From positions 1 to 27,075 of IMG/VR virus record IMGVR_UViG_3300046490_000073: a stretch of DNA of 27,075 nt. One strand, written 5' to 3'. Shown here in pieces: positions 24,804 to 27,075 of the stretch. Made by a program: the position numbers and the translations under genes. The stretch's first letter is position 1, and every line of letters starts with the position of its first letter. Origin of the DNA: a virus (taxonomy: Duplodnaviria; Caudoviricetes). Below the pieces are notes generated by a model. That model searched no databases. It saw only the letters and a list, made by a program, of their open reading frames with translations, and was not told the origin of the DNA.

Positions 24804-25144
24804 GTTCTGGACGCTCTGTCCGCAATACGGATCACGGTTGCCATGAGCGTGTCCACACGCTCACGCTCCGCGTTGTAGTCCTTGCGCAGGCCCTGGCCGT
24901 CGTCGAGCCCGTCCAGGCGCAGCTTCTTCGTCAGATGGCTGTGCAGCGGCACGAGCGCGTCCAGCGGGATGGTGAACCAGTCCTTGTCCTCGAAGGACGT
25001 GGCGGCCCCTGGGGCGCTCGTGTAGACGACGCTCTGGCCGTCCGGTCGCAGCACCTCGAGGTCGTCGTTGTTGTAGCGGCGAGCCACCATGAACCGGGCT
25101 CGGTCGAGCCAGTGCTGGTCCTCGAGGAACCTGACCTCGTACAT
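24800..25144 (-). CDS. Hypothetical protein, 114 aa
   Basis: ATG 25144 (MYEVRFLED) with GGAGG RBS and TGATG overlap; C-terminal LRKDYNAERERVDTL. Confidence 0.75.
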   Translation of the reverse strand: MYEVRFLEDQHWLDRARFMVARRYNNDDLEVLRPDGQSVVYTSAPGAATSFEDKDWFTIPLDALVPLHSHLTKKLRLDGLDDGQGLRKDYNAERERVDTLMATVIRIADRASRT

Positions 25145-25380
25145 CAGAGCGCCTCCGCCACGAGTACCCAGTCCTGGGCCAGCAGGTCGGTCTGGCTCGC
25201 GAGCCACGGCACCCGGTCACCCTGGACGGTAGTGATGAAGATGTAGGGCAGCGTCATCGGGTCGTCGTCGTGGGCCTCTCGCAGGCTCAGGAACTGTCCC
25301 TTGCCGTTCCACCCGTCCCTGGTGACCTGCCTGCCGGCCTTGAGCGCGCGCAGCGCGTAGCCGAAGTCCTGGCCCGGCAT
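25144..25380 (-). CDS. tad2: Tad2 (DUF2829) Thoeris anti-defence sponge protein
   Basis: DFGYALRALKAGRQVTRDGWNGKGQF...PYI...VPWLASQTDLLAQDW is the DUF2829 signature. Confidence 0.9.
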   Translation of the reverse strand: MPGQDFGYALRALKAGRQVTRDGWNGKGQFLSLREAHDDDPMTLPYIFITTVQGDRVPWLASQTDLLAQDWVLVAEAL

Positions 25381-25598
25381 CACGCGCCCCTGAGGAAGTC
25401 GTAGTAGGCCTTGGCATCCCCAAGGACGCCGGTGGGACCTCCGTAGCCCGCCACGGCGATCACGACGGCCTTGTCCAGGGCGAAGCGGCGCAGGTCCTCC
25501 TCCTCGTAGCGCGAGGAGCGCAGGACAGCCACAAGGTTCTGTCCCTCGTCCTGCTTGACCTCGGTGTTCTCGGTCACGAAGTCGTTGTCGTCGAGCAT
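25380..25598 (-). CDS. Hypothetical protein, 72 aa
   Basis: GAGGAG RBS; TGATG coupling on both sides; LRRFALDKAV...AKAYYDFL helical hairpin. Confidence 0.75.
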   Translation of the reverse strand: MLDDNDFVTENTEVKQDEGQNLVAVLRSSRYEEEDLRRFALDKAVVIAVAGYGGPTGVLGDAKAYYDFLRGA

Positions 25599-25856
25599 CA
25601 GGTCTCCTCGATCAGCCGGTCATGGATGGGGGTGGGCTCGCCCGGGAAGCGCTCCGCGGGCACGGGGTAGGCGATCTGTCGGGTCAGCGTGTGGGTGGCG
25701 ATGTTGTCGTCCTCGTCTGCGAACAGGTGCCCCTCGGCGTTGCGGGCCATGTACTCGGCCTCGATCCCTCGTACGCCGATGACCACCTTCCGGCAGTCCT
25801 TGTACTCGAGGCCAGACGTCGAGCGCGACCTGCACGTCAGGCCAGTCGATGCTCAC
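25598..25856 (-). pseudogene. Apparently frameshifted small gene (~85 aa)
   Basis: The coupled GTG at 25856 (with RBS) gives MSIDWPDVQVALDV. Well-biased coding then continues in another frame (GLEYKDCRKVVIG...LIEET, stop at 25598). Confidence 0.5.
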
Positions 25857-26263
25857 GTCGTCTCCTCGAGTCTCATCTGGTACATCAGCTGCTCCTGGGT
25901 GAGCCGGCGCGAGCCAAGCTCGGCGGCGCGCTTGGTCAGGTCGATGAAGGAACGCAGTTCGCCAGTGCGGAACTTGTAGAGCTGGCTCCCACGGATCACC
26001 ACGCCCTCACGCTCGGCGTTGTGGATGAGCATCTCGATCTCGAGCGCGCGAGCATGGTAGGCCGTGGCGAGCTCGGCCAGGCCCAGGTAGCCCACCGTCT
26101 CGATGGGAGACTCCACCCGGCCCAGGATGACGTCGACGTACCCGTGGATCTCGTCCCAGAGCTCGTCGACGTCGGGCAGACCCTGGCCGACCGGGGTGTT
26201 GATCGCGGCCTGGCCGAACTGGACGTGGGGCTTGTCACGCGCGATCCGGACCCGGGGCGGCAT
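25853..26263 (-). CDS. Hypothetical helical protein, 136 aa
   Basis: GGAG RBS, strong GC3 bias, coupled to neighbours. Confidence 0.8.
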   Translation of the reverse strand: MPPRVRIARDKPHVQFGQAAINTPVGQGLPDVDELWDEIHGYVDVILGRVESPIETVGYLGLAELATAYHARALEIEMLIHNAEREGVVIRGSQLYKFRTGELRSFIDLTKRAAELGSRRLTQEQLMYQMRLEETT

Positions 26264-26492
26264 GGCGACTCTCCTTCCACTTCCGCGACGAGGTCCTGAC
26301 CTTGGGCTCCTCCATCACACGGAACTGGTAGGTCCAGTTCTCGCCCTTGGGGGTGATCTCGATGGTCGCGGTCATCCGGCCGGGCATCGACTGACGCATG
26401 AACCCGCCGCCGTGCTCGGGCCCGAGGGTGGTGTCGATCTCCTCGACGTCGACGATCACCTTCACCCGTGCGTTGAACTCCGTGGTGCTCAC
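26235..26492 (-). CDS. Hypothetical protein, 85 aa
   Basis: GTG 26492 (VSTTEFNAR) overlaps the upstream stop; AAGGA RBS. Confidence 0.65.
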   Translation of the reverse strand: MSTTEFNARVKVIVDVEEIDTTLGPEHGGGFMRQSMPGRMTATIEITPKGENWTYQFRVMEEPKVRTSSRKWKESRHAAPGPDRA

Positions 26493-26788
26493 GCTGCGTC
26501 CTTCACGCCCCGGGCCACGGCGAGCACGACGCGGACGTTGGCCGGGTCGACCTCGTCGATGAGCGCCTCGTCCGAGGTGAACTCGTAGACCCGCCACTCA
26601 CCCGAGTGGATGTCCTTGCCGGCGTTCGCCAGGGTCACCTCGAGCTGGCGCAGCGCCCCGGTGTAGCCCAGGGTGCGCCAGTGCGGGACCTCGGGGCTGG
26701 TGATGTCCACGACGGTGAGCGCCCAGGCGTCCGGCTGGCCGAACTCGGCCACGATCGTGGGAGGGAACTCGTAGGTCTGGTCGGTCAT
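26489..26788 (-). CDS. Hypothetical protein, 99 aa
   Basis: ATG 26788 (MTDQTYEF) with GAGGAG RBS and ATGA overlap. Confidence 0.75.
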   Translation of the reverse strand: MTDQTYEFPPTIVAEFGQPDAWALTVVDITSPEVPHWRTLGYTGALRQLEVTLANAGKDIHSGEWRVYEFTSDEALIDEVDPANVRVVLAVARGVKDAA

Positions 26789-27075
26789 GGGGTGATGCTC
26801 CTCTGGGGTAGGGCCTTGCCGATCTGGACGAACGTGCCGAGCTTGGGGCAGGCGTCCCGGAAGGGGCAGTTGCGCCACTCCGAGCCCTTCTTGTCCACGC
26901 AGTCGGGCTTCATCGGGAAGACCTTCTTGCGCGCCTCCCAGACCTCCTGGAGGACGTCGAGCTCCCGGTCCACCTGCTGCATGGAGTCGGGGTTGAGCAC
27001 CACGCGGTGCTCCTCCCACTCCTGGGTGTTCTTGTCCTCGTAGACCACGCTCGCGACCGCCTTGCCGGTGGCCTT
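26785..27075 (-). CDS. Cas4-like / PD-(D/E)xK exonuclease, C-terminal part (5' end outside the window)
   Basis: The frame is open to the window edge. VVYEDKNTQEW.E and the C-terminal Cys cluster PDC........NCPFRDAC are typical of phage Cas4-family nucleases; the catalytic motifs are not visible. Confidence 0.65.
   Translation of the reverse strand, partial: KATGKAVASVVYEDKNTQEWEEHRVVLNPDSMQQVDRELDVLQEVWEARKKVFPMKPDCVDKKGSEWRNCPFRDACPKLGTFVQIGKALPQRSITP

Noticed and set aside
26785-27075. CRISPR-Cas locus implied by the Cas4-like gene
   Set aside because: No array or other cas genes in the window; solo Cas4-like nucleases are common in phages.

Overview
This window is part of a high-GC, actinobacteriophage-like dsDNA tailed phage or prophage. 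All credible genes lie on the minus strand and are often translationally coupled by overlapping stop/start codons. I see no host genes, integrase, tRNA or CRISPR array. In the direction of transcription (right to left) the order is: partial Cas4-like exonuclease; small accessory genes, including a Tad2/DUF2829 anti-defence sponge, a membrane-anchored Rpf-like transglycosylase and Cys/His-rich proteins; a promoter-driven structured intergenic RNA candidate; a beta-helix protein; a 49-aa membrane protein; a decoration-like protein; a basic Gly/Ala-rich protein; RuvC; WhiB; TerS; tail-tip genes; holin, endolysin and a third lysis-cassette membrane protein; TerL; portal; a 1088-aa internal-protein candidate; MuF with a long extension; and an XkdF-type prohead protease that runs off the left edge. 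The most interesting inferences are three. (1) A possible protease-processed capsid cargo system, in which (V/I/F/L)-x-K motifs bound Gly-zipper cationic modules in four proteins, including the protease itself. (2) A repeated (TG)GAC-N8-[G/T]ANNNT-N6 promoter-like motif, mostly leaderless, upstream of late genes and near a phage WhiB. (3) A ~170-nt structured RNA. Family assignments come from reading motifs by eye; no database searches were run.
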